The notes beneath the pieces were generated by a model, which did not search any database, was not told where the DNA came from, and saw only the letters and a program-made list of their open reading frames with translations. A program made the translations under genes and the position numbers. Positions 20,478-32,650 of a stretch of 64,000 bases of DNA are shown here, piece after piece (position 1 is the stretch's first letter; every line of letters starts with the position of its first letter). Source of the DNA: Hyaloraphidium curvatum SAG 235-1 (taxonomy: Eukaryota > Fungi > Monoblepharomycota); NCBI GenBank assembly GCA_025558095.1, contig JAIVFI010000027.1:186001-250000 (forward strand). The letters run 5' to 3'.

Positions 20478-22169
20478 CTATGGCTCAGACTCAAACGCTC
20501 CACGGCCATGTCTATGACCTCGCGCGCCAGGACAACGCACCTCCGGACGTTCGTCAGGTCGTGCGGGGAAATCGTGCCCGAGGTAGCTGCGGAGCGCGAA
20601 GCTTGTGGCTGGCAAAGGCAGCCGGTCAAGAGAGGCGAGACGTGGAAGCTCAACAAAGCCGACCTTTGCGAGGAACGCCTCGAGCTCGTTGCGCCAGGCG
20701 CCGCACCAGGATATGACGAGCTCCTTCGCACTTCTATCCAGGCTCTCGATCCAGCCATCGACGGTCACGGGATCCTCGTTTTCTTCGGCCCTGGCCTGCA
20801 GCAATCGCCTCCGGGCAAACTCCAGGAGCTTGTCGTGAGCTCCGCGTGGATGCACGAAGAGGTAGTCCCGCTCCTGCTCGTTGGGCTCCGGGCCGTCGTC
20901 CAAGCCAGCTGGCAACGGCCAGATGCGTACCCGCTCCCCTCCCATCTCATCGTCCTGTTCCCAGACCTCGATGTATGCGCGGTCCGGTCTTTCGGGGTCG
21001 TCCGCGCGGCCAACGAACGGGACAAAACCCCATTCGCAGAATCCCATCACGCTTCCCACGTGGCCGTACCAGTTGAAAACTTGCTGCCCGGCGGCCACGG
21101 CTCCAGGGACGGCGAGGTGATAGCAGCCTGCATGGGGACCCGACGGATGGTAGGTCACCTGTAAATGGGGTGCGGAAGGCGCGGGCAGATGGTTGAGGAA
21201 GTCAGCGCCCGGAACGAGAGCAAAGCTGATGTTGGCATGGTGCGAGGGAAGATTCAGGGAGAATATGCGGGTGTTGACTGAAAGCCAAGCCCAAATGAAA
21301 GAGTCCCAAGGCAAGGCTCTGCCGACATGGCGTGCGCGCTTTCCGGGCCGAGGTCGCGGGCGTTTGTTCGGCGGCCCTTCCGTGGCGTCCTCCGCCAGCC
21401 CGAGCATGGCCGAGCCTTCGACGTCCACCAGAAGGGATTCGAACGAGGGAATGGTTGACGCCAACTCTCCCGCAAGTCGAGAACACATTCGCCAATCCGA
21501 CGCAATGGCTCGTGCCATACTGTCGCGCTTTCGCGCCAGCCTGACGAGCGGATGGTCGTCTCCGGCGGCGTTGATGCTGTTCAGATCTGCAGAGACAACG
21601 CACGAAGGAACACTTAACAATAGAGCGCACCGCTCGTCAGCCTTCTCTGCACCGGCCGGCAGCAGAGGCGAAGATGACCACGACGCAGGAACGCCGGAAT
21701 GGTCTTTTGGCAGGGAGTCGATGTACGGCTTCCACTTTGAACGTTCGCCGAGCGACGCTTCGTAGCAAAGGAAAAGAGCAAGAGCCTGGTGTTCCGACAG
21801 CGCAGGCTCAAAGTCGGTCATTCCCCACGACTCGGCCGCCTTTTGCGCCGTGATCACGAAAGCCCAGGGCACACGCAGCACGCATTCGCCGGGCGCGAGG
21901 GCGCGTTCGGCAACGACGCCGCGCAGAGTCCCTCCGCCTGGCAGCTCAACTATCGCCGGGCGCAGGGGAGAACCCGGAAACGTCCTGAGGAAAGCGCCGA
22001 GCGCGGCCGAGAACTCGGCGTCCGTAGTGGGCACGTTGAGCAGCGTCGAAGAAAGGGCGTCCGAGGAGCTCGACGCGTCCGAACCGTCCATGTCCGACGC
22101 GTCCTCTTCGGCCTCAGGTGAGCCGCTCTCTTCCTCATCTTCGGCGAAAGCGGCGACGTGCGGCTCCAT
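20478..22169 (-). CDS. SET domain protein lysine methyltransferase (Rubisco LSMT/Rkm-like)
   Basis: LRGVVA...VLRVP, SKWKPYIDSLP, FIWAWLSVNTR, ALVPGADFLNH, GQQVFNWYG...WGFV. Possible in-frame intron(s); 3' exon structure uncertain. Confidence 0.88.
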   Translation of the reverse strand: MEPHVAAFAEDEEESGSPEAEEDASDMDGSDASSSSDALSSTLLNVPTTDAEFSAALGAFLRTFPGSPLRPAIVELPGGGTLRGVVAERALAPGECVLRVPWAFVITAQKAAESWGMTDFEPALSEHQALALFLCYEASLGERSKWKPYIDSLPKDHSGVPASWSSSPLLPAGAEKADERCALLLSVPSCVVSADLNSINAAGDDHPLVRLARKRDSMARAIASDWRMCSRLAGELASTIPSFESLLVDVEGSAMLGLAEDATEGPPNKRPRPRPGKRARHVGRALPWDSFIWAWLSVNTRIFSLNLPSHHANISFALVPGADFLNHLPAPSAPHLQVTYHPSGPHAGCYHLAVPGAVAAGQQVFNWYGHVGSVMGFCEWGFVPFVGRADDPERPDRAYIEVWEQDDEMGGERVRIWPLPAGLDDGPEPNEQERDYLFVHPRGAHDKLLEFARRRLLQARAEENEDPVTVDGWIESLDRSAKELVISWCGAWRNELEAFLAKVGFVELPRLASLDRLPLPATSFALRSYLGHDFPARPDERPEVRCPGARGHRHGRGAFESEP

Positions 22170-22336
22170 GATTCGGTACGAGAACGCGTCGCGGGCAGAA
22201 CGGGACGCGGGGACCTTTCACTCACTTTTCAGATCCCCCTTTTCGCGGTCACCTTCAAAGATCCAACTGAAAGGACCAAAGAGAGAAAGTGACATCTTTT
22301 CAAAGACAATGTAATGACTCCATCAACGATTCGCGG

Positions 22337-23219
22337 CTAAATGTTCTCGGAGAGCCTGAAATCGTCGCTTCTTTGCAGCGTTGCTTCGAGGTGATGCGTG
22401 AGCTGAGGCGTGGTCGTCGTCGCCATCGCCATGGTGTAGTGCAGCGACGGCGGGTCGTCTGGACCGGCACCAGGAATCAGCTTGTATACCCTGTGGTTGG
22501 CAGTCGCGTGAGATGGAATCAATTACGGTCAAGTCAAGCAGTCGCGCACCGTTTCGTTGCCGTCACAAACGGAGGCCGGGCCGTCGAAGTCCTCGCTGCG
22601 CCCTTTTCGTCCTTCATCTCTATGGTGAAGCTCTTGGCCTGCGGATCCAGCCGGCCTTCCTCGACCGAAGCGAGGCCTGTCAAAAATCAAGAGATCAGGA
22701 GGGCGACTTGGCCGAGTGTCGACTGCGCACGGACCATTCGGCTGCGCCAGAACGAGCTCCACCTTCGTGCCCCCGTCCGGAGTCGGTCCAAGCACCCTCA
22801 AGAAGCCCGACTCTGCGTGGAAAGGTGCGTTGTTCTTCCCAGGATTCCAGGTGTTCTGACTGGGGCCGATGAGCTCAGAATGCCATCTCGTTTCTTGCGA
22901 ATCCTCACGTGTAGAAGAGATACTTGGCTCCCGGATAGCCCCAAAAGGTTATCTGCTCGACGTAGCTCCGGGGAGGGTCAGCTGCGTCTTCCGCGACACG
23001 GAGTCTCGCCGGATCCCACTCAAAGTCCTTGATAGTCGGGTAAACGCCCTTGCCGTTGCCGCGCCATGTTCCGATGAGCCAGGAAGCGGGCGCTTCGGGG
23101 CTGTAGAGCGCCGGGTTGGCGTGTGTGTGCAGGACTGGGAGCGCCGGTCGCGGAGTCGATTCAGTCGATTCCCGACTCCGGTGGGCGTCCGTGGCGCGGC
23201 GTCACCAACGTGGAGACAT
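22337..23219 (-). CDS. Nitrobindin (THAP4-like/DUF1794 heme-binding beta-barrel), 6 exons
   Basis: Hand-spliced: MSPLLHTHANP..WLIGTWRGNGKGVYPTIKDF.YVEQITF..FHAESGFLR..VELVLAQPNGLASVEEG..ARTSTARPPFV..LHYTMAMATTTTPQLTHHLEATLQR, including the C-terminal heme-ligand His. Not captured as one ORF. Confidence 0.9.
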
Positions 23220-23498
23220 ATGAGAGTCGTTGCTCCCGCGCGGGAGCTTTCAAAGGCTGACCGATGGGCGATTGTTGCCGGGGCCGCGGCTCGGAGGTGA
23301 ATCAGTACTTGGCGCTTCGACTCGCTCGATCCGTCTGACAAAGCCGGTTCCTTCTCGGCCCGGCCTTCGACGGATGCAATCCGGACAGAAGCGAAATATG
23401 ACAAGATCGAATGCTAATTAGACAGATTCCGACGTTCAGGAAACGAAATTCCAACAGATTACGTCCAGCTTCCCAAGGCAAGCGCTTGCGGCCTTCCA

Positions 23499-25269
23499 TT
23501 ACCTCCTCGGCAAGGTCGCCGCGTTGGCCTTGACCTGCGGTGCCAAGTTCACCTGCTCATCCACCGGCGAGCACACGCACTCCCCCGGCGCGTGGCCTTC
23601 CGCGCACACCGCCCGCATCGAGTCGGCAAAGCCCAATACGCCGACCTCGGCGCCCCTGAACACCATGTTGGAGCTCTTCCTGAGCGTGAGCGCCGACGCG
23701 CGCGGCAGGCTCGGCTCCGTCCTGCGGTCGAGGTCCATGACCTGGCTCGCGAGCCGGGTGATCCGGTTGTGCGCCGGGCGGACGGCGGGGGCGTCGGGAG
23801 GGTCGAGGTGCAGCACGCCCACCTCCTTGGGAGCCCCGCCGTCGGCCGCCCCGGGAATCAGCGCCGCGTGCCCTCCGTCTTCGATCACCGCCACCGGATG
23901 CGCCTTGTCCGCAGGGGTTCCGGGCGGCCCCGCTTCGGCGGCCGGGGCGGCGCCCTCCGGGACATTCCCAACAACCGAAGGATCCGAATCCGGGGGCAGG
24001 GGCGTCACCGGTTTGCGCCAAGGCCGCTCCGGCAGCGCCTTGTCAGAGACCTTGTGCCCCATAGTCCATTCCGTCGGGTTGGACTTGATCGAATCGACGA
24101 AGCACTTTTCCTGCTCGTGCATGCCGAACTTTTCGAACTCGAGCAGGTCCTCGTTGATCTGGAGCAGCCAGTCGCGGTATTCCTGTGGGGATATCCGCAT
24201 GAGCCCGTGCATCGATCGCCCAGCGCCCTGTTGACCACGTACCGGGTTGCAGTACTTGAGGATCCACGGATGGTCCATCGCGTCCACCGCCGTCATCCGC
24301 TCCGCCGGGTCCGTCTTCAAACACCGCGAGATGAAGTCCTTCGCCTCGGGCGACACGCTCTCGAACGAGCGGTGGAAGGTCCACCTGCCCTGCTTGACGT
24401 GGTCGTTGAGCAGGTGCGGCGGCGCGGCGAAGAAGGGGTTGATCCCGCTCAGGAGCGTGTAGACCACCACGCCGAGCGAGTAGACGTCGGCGGGCTTGCC
24501 GAGGTAGGGCTTCTTGGCCACGATTTCTGTCCACGGCCCGTCAGTGAGGGCGACTCCGACCGGAATGAGCATGTCACGCACCCGGCGCCTGGTAGTAGAG
24601 CGTCCCGACCCGCCAGTCCTCTTCCTTCTGGAACGACGACCTGGCGACTCCGAAATCGACGAGGAGCAGCTCCGACATGACCGTCTTGTCCTTGAACAGG
24701 ATGTTGGCCGTCTTGATGTCCAGATGCGCGACGTCGTGGCAGTGCATGAAGGCCACGGCACCAAAGAGCGTGGCGGCAATGGCCGCGGCATCGCTCTCGG
24801 TGTAGCGGCCCTTCCTGACCAGGCGCTCGAGGAGCTCCCCGCCCGTGGCTGCCAAACTCCGTGAGCATCCTCGAAGGCCGGTCTGGAGGCCGGACAAACA
24901 CCGACCGAGCTCGAACACCATGTGGTACGAAGACTTGGTGTAGAACCAGTCCACCAGCTGCACGATGTTGGGATGCTGCAGCCCGCGGAGCACCTCGAGC
25001 TCCCTGGGTCTCGAGGACCCGCAACGCCGCGGCGCCGTCTTGAGCGCGTAGTGCCGGCCCGTGGGCACGTGCTCGACCTCGACGACGGTGCCCTGCGCGC
25101 CGTCGCCCAGCGCGCGCACGGCGCGGTACTCGGCGGCGCGGTGCGGGCCGTGTTCGGCGTCGTCGGGGTCCGGCGGGAGCGACGAGACGGACGAGCTGGT
25201 GCCGCGCCGGGGGAGGCCGGCCTGCGGTTGCGACGGGCGCCGCGTGAATATCCTGTCCAGGATACCCAT
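23499..25269 (-). CDS. CAMK-group Ser/Thr protein kinase, multi-exon
   Basis: LGDGAQGTV, YALK, HPNIV, GGEL, HLDIKTANIL, DFG, GTLYYQAPE, DVYSLGV, SPEAKDFISRCL..DPAERMT. Confidence 0.92.
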
Positions 25270-25597
25270 TCCGCCGGGCCGGGCGCCGTTTCCGGGCTCG
25301 ACGAGGGGGTGTCGGGCACAGTCACCGCGCGCGGGTTTAAGGACGGAATCCCGGACCTTTCTCGGGGGCAAATCCGCATCCCCATCAGCTCCCTGTGGCG
25401 AGATCGGAGCCTTTCGGAACCGATGGCATACCGCATCGGATCAGGCTTCATTGATCCGCGCCTTTCTGGCGCCGCAGGAGCTGTATTCCTGGAGCAGATC
25501 AGTCTCTGCCAGAAGCGACGGCCGACGCGCCAAAGCTGCTCGCCCGACGCTCTAGTGCCCTCTTACATCCGATCGGAAACATTGACCCGCTCAGCGA

Positions 25598-26410
25598 TCA
25601 GGACGGCATCATGTCCTTCCCCCACCCCTGCATGCCCACGACGTCCTCCCAGTGCGGGAACAGCCTCCCCATCTTGAGCGGCTCCATCTCGGGCCAGGTG
25701 CCCAGCACGCACGCCTTGACCAGCTGCCCCACGCGCTCCTCGCCCTGCGGCGTGAAGTGCAAGCCATCGTCCAGGAATTTCGGCCCCCACACATCCGGGG
25801 GGATCTCCCTGCCCAGCGGGTCGCGTTGCAGCTCGGTCCACAGGTCCAGCACGGCGGCGCCCTCCTCCTTTGCCACCCTTATGCAGGCTTCGGAGTAGAC
25901 GCGGGTGGCGGCGTTGCGCCTGTCCAGCGAGCCCTCGGGGAGCGAGCGGAACTCGCGCTCGCCGGCGCGGAGGAGCAGCTGCGCCAGCCGCGTGGGTTCG
26001 TGGACCGGCGGCGGGGAGAGCAGCAGGATCCGCGCGCCGGGCTGAGCGGCGCGCACGATGCCGACCAGTCTGCGCAGGTTCTCCGCGAACTCGGCGGCCG
26101 GCACGTGCTGCCGCGCGGAATGCGGGGTGCCGCGCTCGGCCTCGGGCAGCGCCGAGTCGTTTGCGCCGAACCACACCACCGCGAGCGCGAGCTCCGGCGC
26201 GCCCTGGGCGGCGTACGGCGCGAGGATCGCCGGCGCCGCGTCGAGCGCGTTGCGCGTGTTGTACCCGCCGAACCCGCGGATCACGACGTCGGCACGCCGC
26301 GCGTAGAGCAGCGCAAGCCGCGAGCCCCAGCCGTGCGTGCCCCGCTCCGTCAGCGAGTCGCCGAAGAGCAGGATGTGCGGCACCCGCGGGACCACCGGGA
26401 ACAGCGGCAT
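25598..26410 (-). CDS. SGNH/GDSL hydrolase, IAH1-like esterase
   Basis: LLFGDSLT, RGFGGYNT, WFGANDS, DGLHF..G, FPHW. Confidence 0.92.
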   Translation of the reverse strand: MPLFPVVPRVPHILLFGDSLTERGTHGWGSRLALLYARRADVVIRGFGGYNTRNALDAAPAILAPYAAQGAPELALAVVWFGANDSALPEAERGTPHSARQHVPAAEFAENLRRLVGIVRAAQPGARILLLSPPPVHEPTRLAQLLLRAGEREFRSLPEGSLDRRNAATRVYSEACIRVAKEEGAAVLDLWTELQRDPLGREIPPDVWGPKFLDDGLHFTPQGEERVGQLVKACVLGTWPEMEPLKMGRLFPHWEDVVGMQGWGKDMMPS

Positions 26411-26900
26411 CGCGGGAGATGGGAGGTGGAGTTTGATCCGGGTGAAGGCAAGGTCCCGTCGGCCCGGCACGATTCCGCCCGCTGTTCCATCTTTCCAGCG
26501 AACCTTCTTTCGAACAGGCAAACTGTGGCAACTCGAGTCGGGTGGTGGCGAACAGTAGGAATGCTGAACATTCCGACACGTCGCTGGATGCTGCGTTGTC
26601 TTCCCGCATCAGCTCTTCAGGGCAGGCGCCGACGAAGTCCACGTCATGGTGAAGACAGGCCATCCCGACAGCCCGTCGCAATCAAATAAGAACCATCACG
26701 GCTATTGGGAAGGAGACGATGCTCAAAATGATGGATCGAGATTCGGTAGGCTGGAAATCCGGTCCATGCGGGCGGTCGATCGCGCTGCTGTGGAGGACGA
26801 GACCTTCCGCTGTCGTTCCGCGTCCTCCGACTCGAATCTCGAAACCACTCTCCGACGCCGCACCGCGTTCCCGGCCCTCAAACCCGACACCCGCTTCCCG

Positions 26901-27737
26901 ATGCTCCCCGTCCCCGGCGAGCCCTTCCCCGACATCGAGCTCCCCGACTCCCGCGGCATCGCTACGCGCCTGTCGTCCCTCACGCGCCCCGGCGCGGTCG
27001 ACGAGCGCGTCGGGTTCACCGACGGATATCCCCTCATTCTGATCTTCTACCGCGGGTTCTTTTGCCCGCGGGATCAGCAGCAGATGCGCAACCTGGTCGC
27101 CGCGCAGGCCGAGTTCGCGCTGTCTAGCTGCAAGATCGCCGCAATCAGCGTCGACCCGCCCCCGGTGGCTGCCGCCTTCCGCGCCGGCCTCGGCGCCACC
27201 TGGACCTTCCTCTCGGACCCGGACCGCGCCGCGATCAAACGATTCGGCATCCTGGACGCCACCGAGGGCGAGTACCCAGACGTCTCGCGGCCCTTCACCC
27301 TCGTCCTCTCGCCCGGCCTGGCCGTGCGCAGGGTGTGGGACGGGTGGTGGTTTGCCGGCCGGCCGACGGTGGAGGAGCTCCGGATGGAGGTGCGCAAGGC
27401 GATGGAGCCGCTTTCCAACTACGGCTACGCGGCGTGGGACAAGGAGGCGGTGAGCAAGATCAGGATCCCCGCGCGCGAGTGGGCGGCGGGGCTTCCGGAG
27501 CTGGGAAAGTCGGGGCTGCCCGTGGCCAGGGGCACCGTGTCGGCGTTCGATCTTGGCACGGGGAACGGGACGATCGCGAGGCGGGACGGGGGCGGCGAGG
27601 TGTTCTTCAACTTCACGGCGATCCCGGGGACGGGGTACCGCACCGTGCGCGCGGGGGACAGGGTGGTGTTCGAGGTCGTGGAGAACGCGACGGGGCCGAC
27701 GGCGAGGAATGTTCGGGCGGACAAGGATGGGGCGTGA
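26901..27737 (+). CDS. AhpC/TSA redoxin fused to a C-terminal cold-shock domain
   Basis: PGEPFPDIELPD...FYRGFFCPRD...AISVD...FLSD, followed by GTVSAFD..GNGTI...EVFFNFTAI...YRTV..GDRVVFEV....GPTARNV (CSD). Intronless. Confidence 0.88.
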   Translation: MLPVPGEPFPDIELPDSRGIATRLSSLTRPGAVDERVGFTDGYPLILIFYRGFFCPRDQQQMRNLVAAQAEFALSSCKIAAISVDPPPVAAAFRAGLGATWTFLSDPDRAAIKRFGILDATEGEYPDVSRPFTLVLSPGLAVRRVWDGWWFAGRPTVEELRMEVRKAMEPLSNYGYAAWDKEAVSKIRIPAREWAAGLPELGKSGLPVARGTVSAFDLGTGNGTIARRDGGGEVFFNFTAIPGTGYRTVRAGDRVVFEVVENATGPTARNVRADKDGA

Positions 27738-28141
27738 AGGGTGTCGCTGGTGGGGATGGCGACAACCCGCTCGCATCGAACACAGCGAGTACTGGAGTTT
27801 CTTTGCCATCGGTGGACGTGCCCTCTTCTCTGCAGTCATTTTGAAGGGGTGGATTGCCCACCGGCATGCCGAAATCGCTCACGGATCGCCAATCGTTCGC
27901 TCCTCGGTTCCGGGGTGGTAGAAGCGCCCATTGGGGGGCTTCCGACCGCAAATCCCCTGCGCTATCAAAAAGGAAAGAATCGATCGGGTCTGTGGACGAC
28001 GCATCAAGCATTTTCCGGCCACATCGGCGGCGGAGATAGGCCCGGCTTGTGTTCGGCAGCTGTGCGGGTCCCGGCGCCATTCCGCTGCACCCGTCGATTT
28101 CGCGACCAGTCCTCCCCCACGGCCGAGCGCCCTGCCCGGCG

Positions 28142-29897
28142 ATGTCGTACTACTCCGTGCCGGCGGACGCGGCGGTTGTTGCGCCCGACGACTTTGACCT
28201 CGGCACAGCGCGGCCGGTCGACCCGGCACGCAAGAAGAAGAAGAAGCGGCGGCCGGGCGCCATCGACACGTCGCCGGCCGACCCGTTCGGCGAGTCGCCG
28301 TACGCGGGCGCGGGCGGCGGCGGGTACGGCTCGCCCGTCTACGGGGCGCCGCCGCGCCAGTCGACGTCGTCGTCGTTCGACATGAACGAGGCCACGCGCT
28401 CGCTGCGCGACCCGCGTGCGTACGCCGCGCCGCCGCCCGGCTACGTGCCGTCGTACCGCGCGGAGCCCGGCGACTCGGAGGACCTGCTGGACCCGAACGC
28501 AGACTGGGACCGCCCAAAGAAGGGCCGCCGATCGGGCAGGCCGTCCACGTCGTACGACTCGCTGCTGCCGAAGGCCGGCGCGCAGGGCATCTACGACTCG
28601 GAGGGCGGCCTGCGTGAGCAGCCGCGCAGGAGGAAGCGCCGCAGGGAGTCCAGGCCGTGCTGCTGCGGAAGGTGCACCACGGGGCAGTTCTGGGCCTGGT
28701 TCCTCATCGTCGCCGGCCTGCTCCTCATCGCCCTCGGCATCGCGCTGTACTTCTGCTGGCCGCGCGTGGGCGAAGTCACGGTGCGCATCCTCCGCCCGCC
28801 GGCCGCCGATCCGATGCTGATGCGCCTTCCGATCGCAGGTCGTCTCGCTGCAGCCCGCCTCCGGCACCCCGCCCACCGTCGCCCTCGAAGGGGGCGGCGT
28901 CCGCCTGCGCGGCGGCATGTCGCTCAACGTCTCGGTGGACCTCCGCAGCAACCTCATCCCGATCTCGCTGTCCTCGCTGTCCCTGGAGATCTTTGCCGCG
29001 GACCGGCGGATCGGCGCGGGCAGGAAGGACGGCGTGTACCTGGAAAAGGGCCAGGTGGACACCGTGGGCATCGACCTGGCGTTCGACTACGTCGCGGGCG
29101 GGGATCGGTCCCCGGCGGCCGCGAAAGCGACGCAGGCGGCGGCGCCGGCGGTCCCGACGAGCTACGTGATCCCGACCGAGCTCGCGGCCCCCGCTCCCCC
29201 GCCGCCTCCGCCTCCTGCGCCCGCACCGGCCCCCGCACCGGCACCGGCGCCCGCCCCCGCAGCCCCCGCCCCGCCCCCGCCCCCGCCGACTGCGCCGCCG
29301 GAGGAGGATCAGGCCGACGAGGGCGGCGACGACGGGGGCGAGGGCGATCAGCCCGCGGAAGACCAACCCCCCGCCGACCAACCGCCCCCCGCGTCCCCTC
29401 CCCCCGCCGACAACCCACCTCTCCCGCAAGACTCGGACGAAGGCGACGCGGGCGACGACGACGGCCCCGACGACCCCGAAGGCACGCAGCGCCTCCTCCG
29501 TCGCCAATCCGCCCTCGCGGACCCCGTCGCCGCGCTGCTCTCGCAGCGCTGCGCGCAGCCCAACGGCACCTTCCCCGTGCGCTACGCCGCCGTCGCCACC
29601 CTCGCCGTGATCCCGGTCCCGCTGCGGTTCGGCGGCACGCGGGAGGTGCCGTGCCCCGATCTCGGGCCGCTGCAGGCGCTGCTGCAGGCCGCGAGCGGGC
29701 AGGGGGAGCTCGGGAAGCTGGCCGAGGGGGTGAAGAAGGGGCTGGACAAGGGCGGGTTCGCGGGCGCCGCGGAGGGGTTCGGGAATCTGCTGGATATGCT
29801 CAAGGAGCTGGCGGCGACGAGCACGGCGGGGGGCGCGGAGCCGACGGGGTCGGCGGTCAGGGGGAGGGAGAAGGTGGCGGCGCCGCCGCCAGAGTAG
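28142..29897 (+). CDS. Single-pass membrane protein with LEA_2-like domain and a Pro/Asp-rich insertion
   Basis: Basic and Cys-rich juxtamembrane stretch (RPCCCGRC), TM ending FCWPR, intron ~28766-28838, beta-rich LEA2-like segment, PA repeats. Confidence 0.7.
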
Positions 29898-30087
29898 GAT
29901 GTAACGGCGTTGGAAATCGGATTGGTATCTGCCGAACTGAGTGATTGCTGATCCGGACCGCGATCACGTCCAAAGGGCCGATTGATGAAAGAGCGAGGGA
30001 TATTCCAAACACCGATACACGCGGTACGACTCGCAGCGCACGAAAATAATCTACACCCGCCCCGCACCGGCGGCGGCGGAATAAGCA

Positions 30088-31478
30088 TCAGAGCATGTGG
30101 TACTCGGCCCCCAGCAACCCGGCCTCGAGCGCCTCCACCTCTGCGCGGGCCTCCTCCTCCGGCAGGAGCATCTCCTCCCCCCCTTGCTGCTGCTGCACCG
30201 GCGGCGGGAACATGCCCGGCATGCCGAGGTGCAGGTAGTGGTGGTGCTCGGCAAACAGCGAGGGGAAGAGGTACGGGTGGAAGGAGGGCCACGAGGCGGC
30301 GCGGGGGAGGAGGGGGGAGGGGTGCGGGTACGGCAGGGAGAGCGGGTTGGGCGGCATGAAGGCCGGGGGGTACGAGTAGGCTGTTGCCGCGGCGGCGGCG
30401 GCGGCGGCGGCCGAGGGGTCGAGCAGGGAGAGGGGGTCGAAGGCGGCGCGGTCGGCGACGGCGCGGTCAAAGGCGGCGCGGTAGCTCTCGAAGACGGCGT
30501 CGGGGAGTTCGGGCGCGCCGGCGGGGAAGGGCGGGGCGGAGAGCGGCGCGGGGGTGTCGGGGGCCGAGGACGAGGCGGGGGAGCCGTCGGGGTCGGGCTT
30601 GACCCCGGGCTCGGTCCGCGAGCGCGCGCGCGGGCGGGGTTTGGCGGGGGACGCGCCGCGGGGGAGGGCGGCGCGGCGCTGGCGCTCGAGGTACTCCTCG
30701 GGGCTGATTTCCCAGGAGCCCTTCTGGCCGGCCTTTTTGCGCGTGGTGCGGAGGCACGGGATGCCCTTTGCGCGGCAGCGCGAGCACGGCGCGGAGCCGT
30801 CGCACCCGCGCCTGGAGGAGGGAAGAGCAGCGTGAGCGAGGGCGGGCGGGGGAGGCGGCGGCGGACGCGTACCTCGCGAGCCTGCACGACTCGCACGACG
30901 AGCGCATGGGCGCCTGCATCGGCATCCGCTTCTTGCCGCCGCCGGCGACCAGCGCGGGCATCGACGCGGTGCGCATGTGGCCGACGGACGTGAGCAGCGG
31001 CGACGGCGGCTCCAGCTTGATGCAGGCGTCTTTGCGGGGGTCAGCGGGGGGGCAGAAAAAGGGGGACGGGGGACCCACCGTGGGCGGTGTCGGCGGACGA
31101 GGCGGCGCCGTCCGACGCGGCGCAGTGCCACGCCAAGTCGTCGATCATCCACGTGGCGTCGGTTGCGGCGGGCGAGACGGGCTCGTTTTCGAGGGGCGGC
31201 GCGGGGGGCAGTGCGGCTGCCGGGCGGGCCATCTGCCGTTGGGCGGCGGGGGGCGGGGCGGGGCCGATCGCGGGGGCGATCGGGGCGGGTGACGTGGCGC
31301 CCTCGTCCGCGGGCGGCGGCGGCGCGTCGGGCGAGGCCGGCGGCGTGGGGGGCGCGCGGGGGACCGTGGCGGGCGAGGCCGTGTCGAGCTGGGCGGGGGC
31401 GCGTCGGGCGGGCCGCGGCGCGCGGGGTTTCTCGGCGGGCACTTTGTGCTGCTTCTGCGGGGGTGCCGCGCGCGCCAT
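30088..31478 (-). CDS. Zn(II)2Cys6 fungal transcription factor, 3 exons
   Basis: Spliced zinc cluster RSSCESCRLAR|VRCDGSAPCSRCRAKGIPC. Start MARAAPP at 31478. Confidence 0.85.
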
Positions 31479-32650
31479 CGCTGCTATATAGCACGCGGGA
31501 ACCGTGGAAACGGGGCGGGGGCCACAGCGGGCGAGGCAAAGCCCCAGCCACCCTTCCGGGTCCAAGCCCTTCTTCCATTCGAACCCGCGCTATGTCGTCG
31601 CCCCAGGGGCCGCCACACGACGTCAGGGGCCCCTGCGCCGCACAGCGCGCTTGGCAACCTCCGTGCCGACCCGGAGAAAATTGGGCACGGGCCCCGGGAC
31701 GCCCCCGGGCGGCCCCCGCTGTCGGCCGTTCGCGCCCTTCCAGGCCGCCCGGGATTGGAAGCGATAGACGGCGGCCCATCGGAAATCGCATCCGCCGCCG
31801 CATCCGACTGCGGAAACCTCTCCATCGATGTTACATCGCACCTCAATCCGCGCGTCGGGCGCGGGAGCATGCATCCCGCGCTCCCACGAAGGACCGACAT
31901 GGTCGAGGTTGCCGCACGGTGACGTACGTCGCATCCAGGCCCCGCAGGGCCGCCGGGCCGCCCGACGCCGCCGGTCGCCGCCGGCCCGCGCCCCGCAGCC
32001 CCGCGCGCGCGCTGCCCCTCCGAGGCCGCCGTTCGCGGGAGCCGCGGAGGTTCCCTACGGTTCCCGGGGCCTCCCACCGCGGGAGGCGGTCCCTGTGCAC
32101 GGCCGGCGCAAGGGCCCCCGCCGCCCCCGAACCGGCCAAAGCACGCACCAACCATGCCGCTGTGCTCGATTGGCCGCCGATCCGCATTCCCGGACCGACC
32201 CTTTGCCCGTGCGCACCGCCGTCCTTCACATCCCCTCGAACAGTCCCCCCCGTCCGCTCCGTACGGCCCCGCCGTACGCCTCGGCAAAAGCCCCTCCTTA
32301 GGCACCATCCAACAACCGCGCGGCTTTCATTTCCCCCCCGACGCGCGCGAAAATCGATCGCGAGGGAGTCGGGGACGGCGATGACCCCGGATGACGGGGA
32401 CGCGGTGACGGACGCGTGGTGCGGCATGGGTTGCCGTATGGGGCGGTGCTCCGGCGGCCACCGTCGTCTCGGGGCTACCGGACGGGAGGATGGAGGAGTC
32501 GGCGGAGCGGATGGTCTCTGCTCGATTGCATGTCTGCCGTGCGACGGCGACTCCCCCGACTGCCCATCGAAGTCCTCGGTCCATGCAGCAGTGGATGGCC
32601 GTACAGGGTTGCACAGCTCCCACAGCGTCTCGTCAAGGACCGGACCCGCG

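Noticed and set aside
27734-27770. Hairpin after the AhpC/CSD stop as a SECIS
   Set aside because: No apical AA and no 3' GA for the core; the gene has no in-frame UGA.
29185-29300. C-rich hexamer-like repeats as satellite or telomere
   Set aside because: They encode the Pro-Ala linker of the LEA_2-like protein.
30977-32650. Long N-terminal part of the 871-aa ORF and overlapping ORFs 30088..31803 and 31843..33297
   Set aside because: Arg/Gly/Pro-rich stop-free frames caused by very high GC; this is the divergent intergenic region between the Zn2Cys6 and EEP genes.
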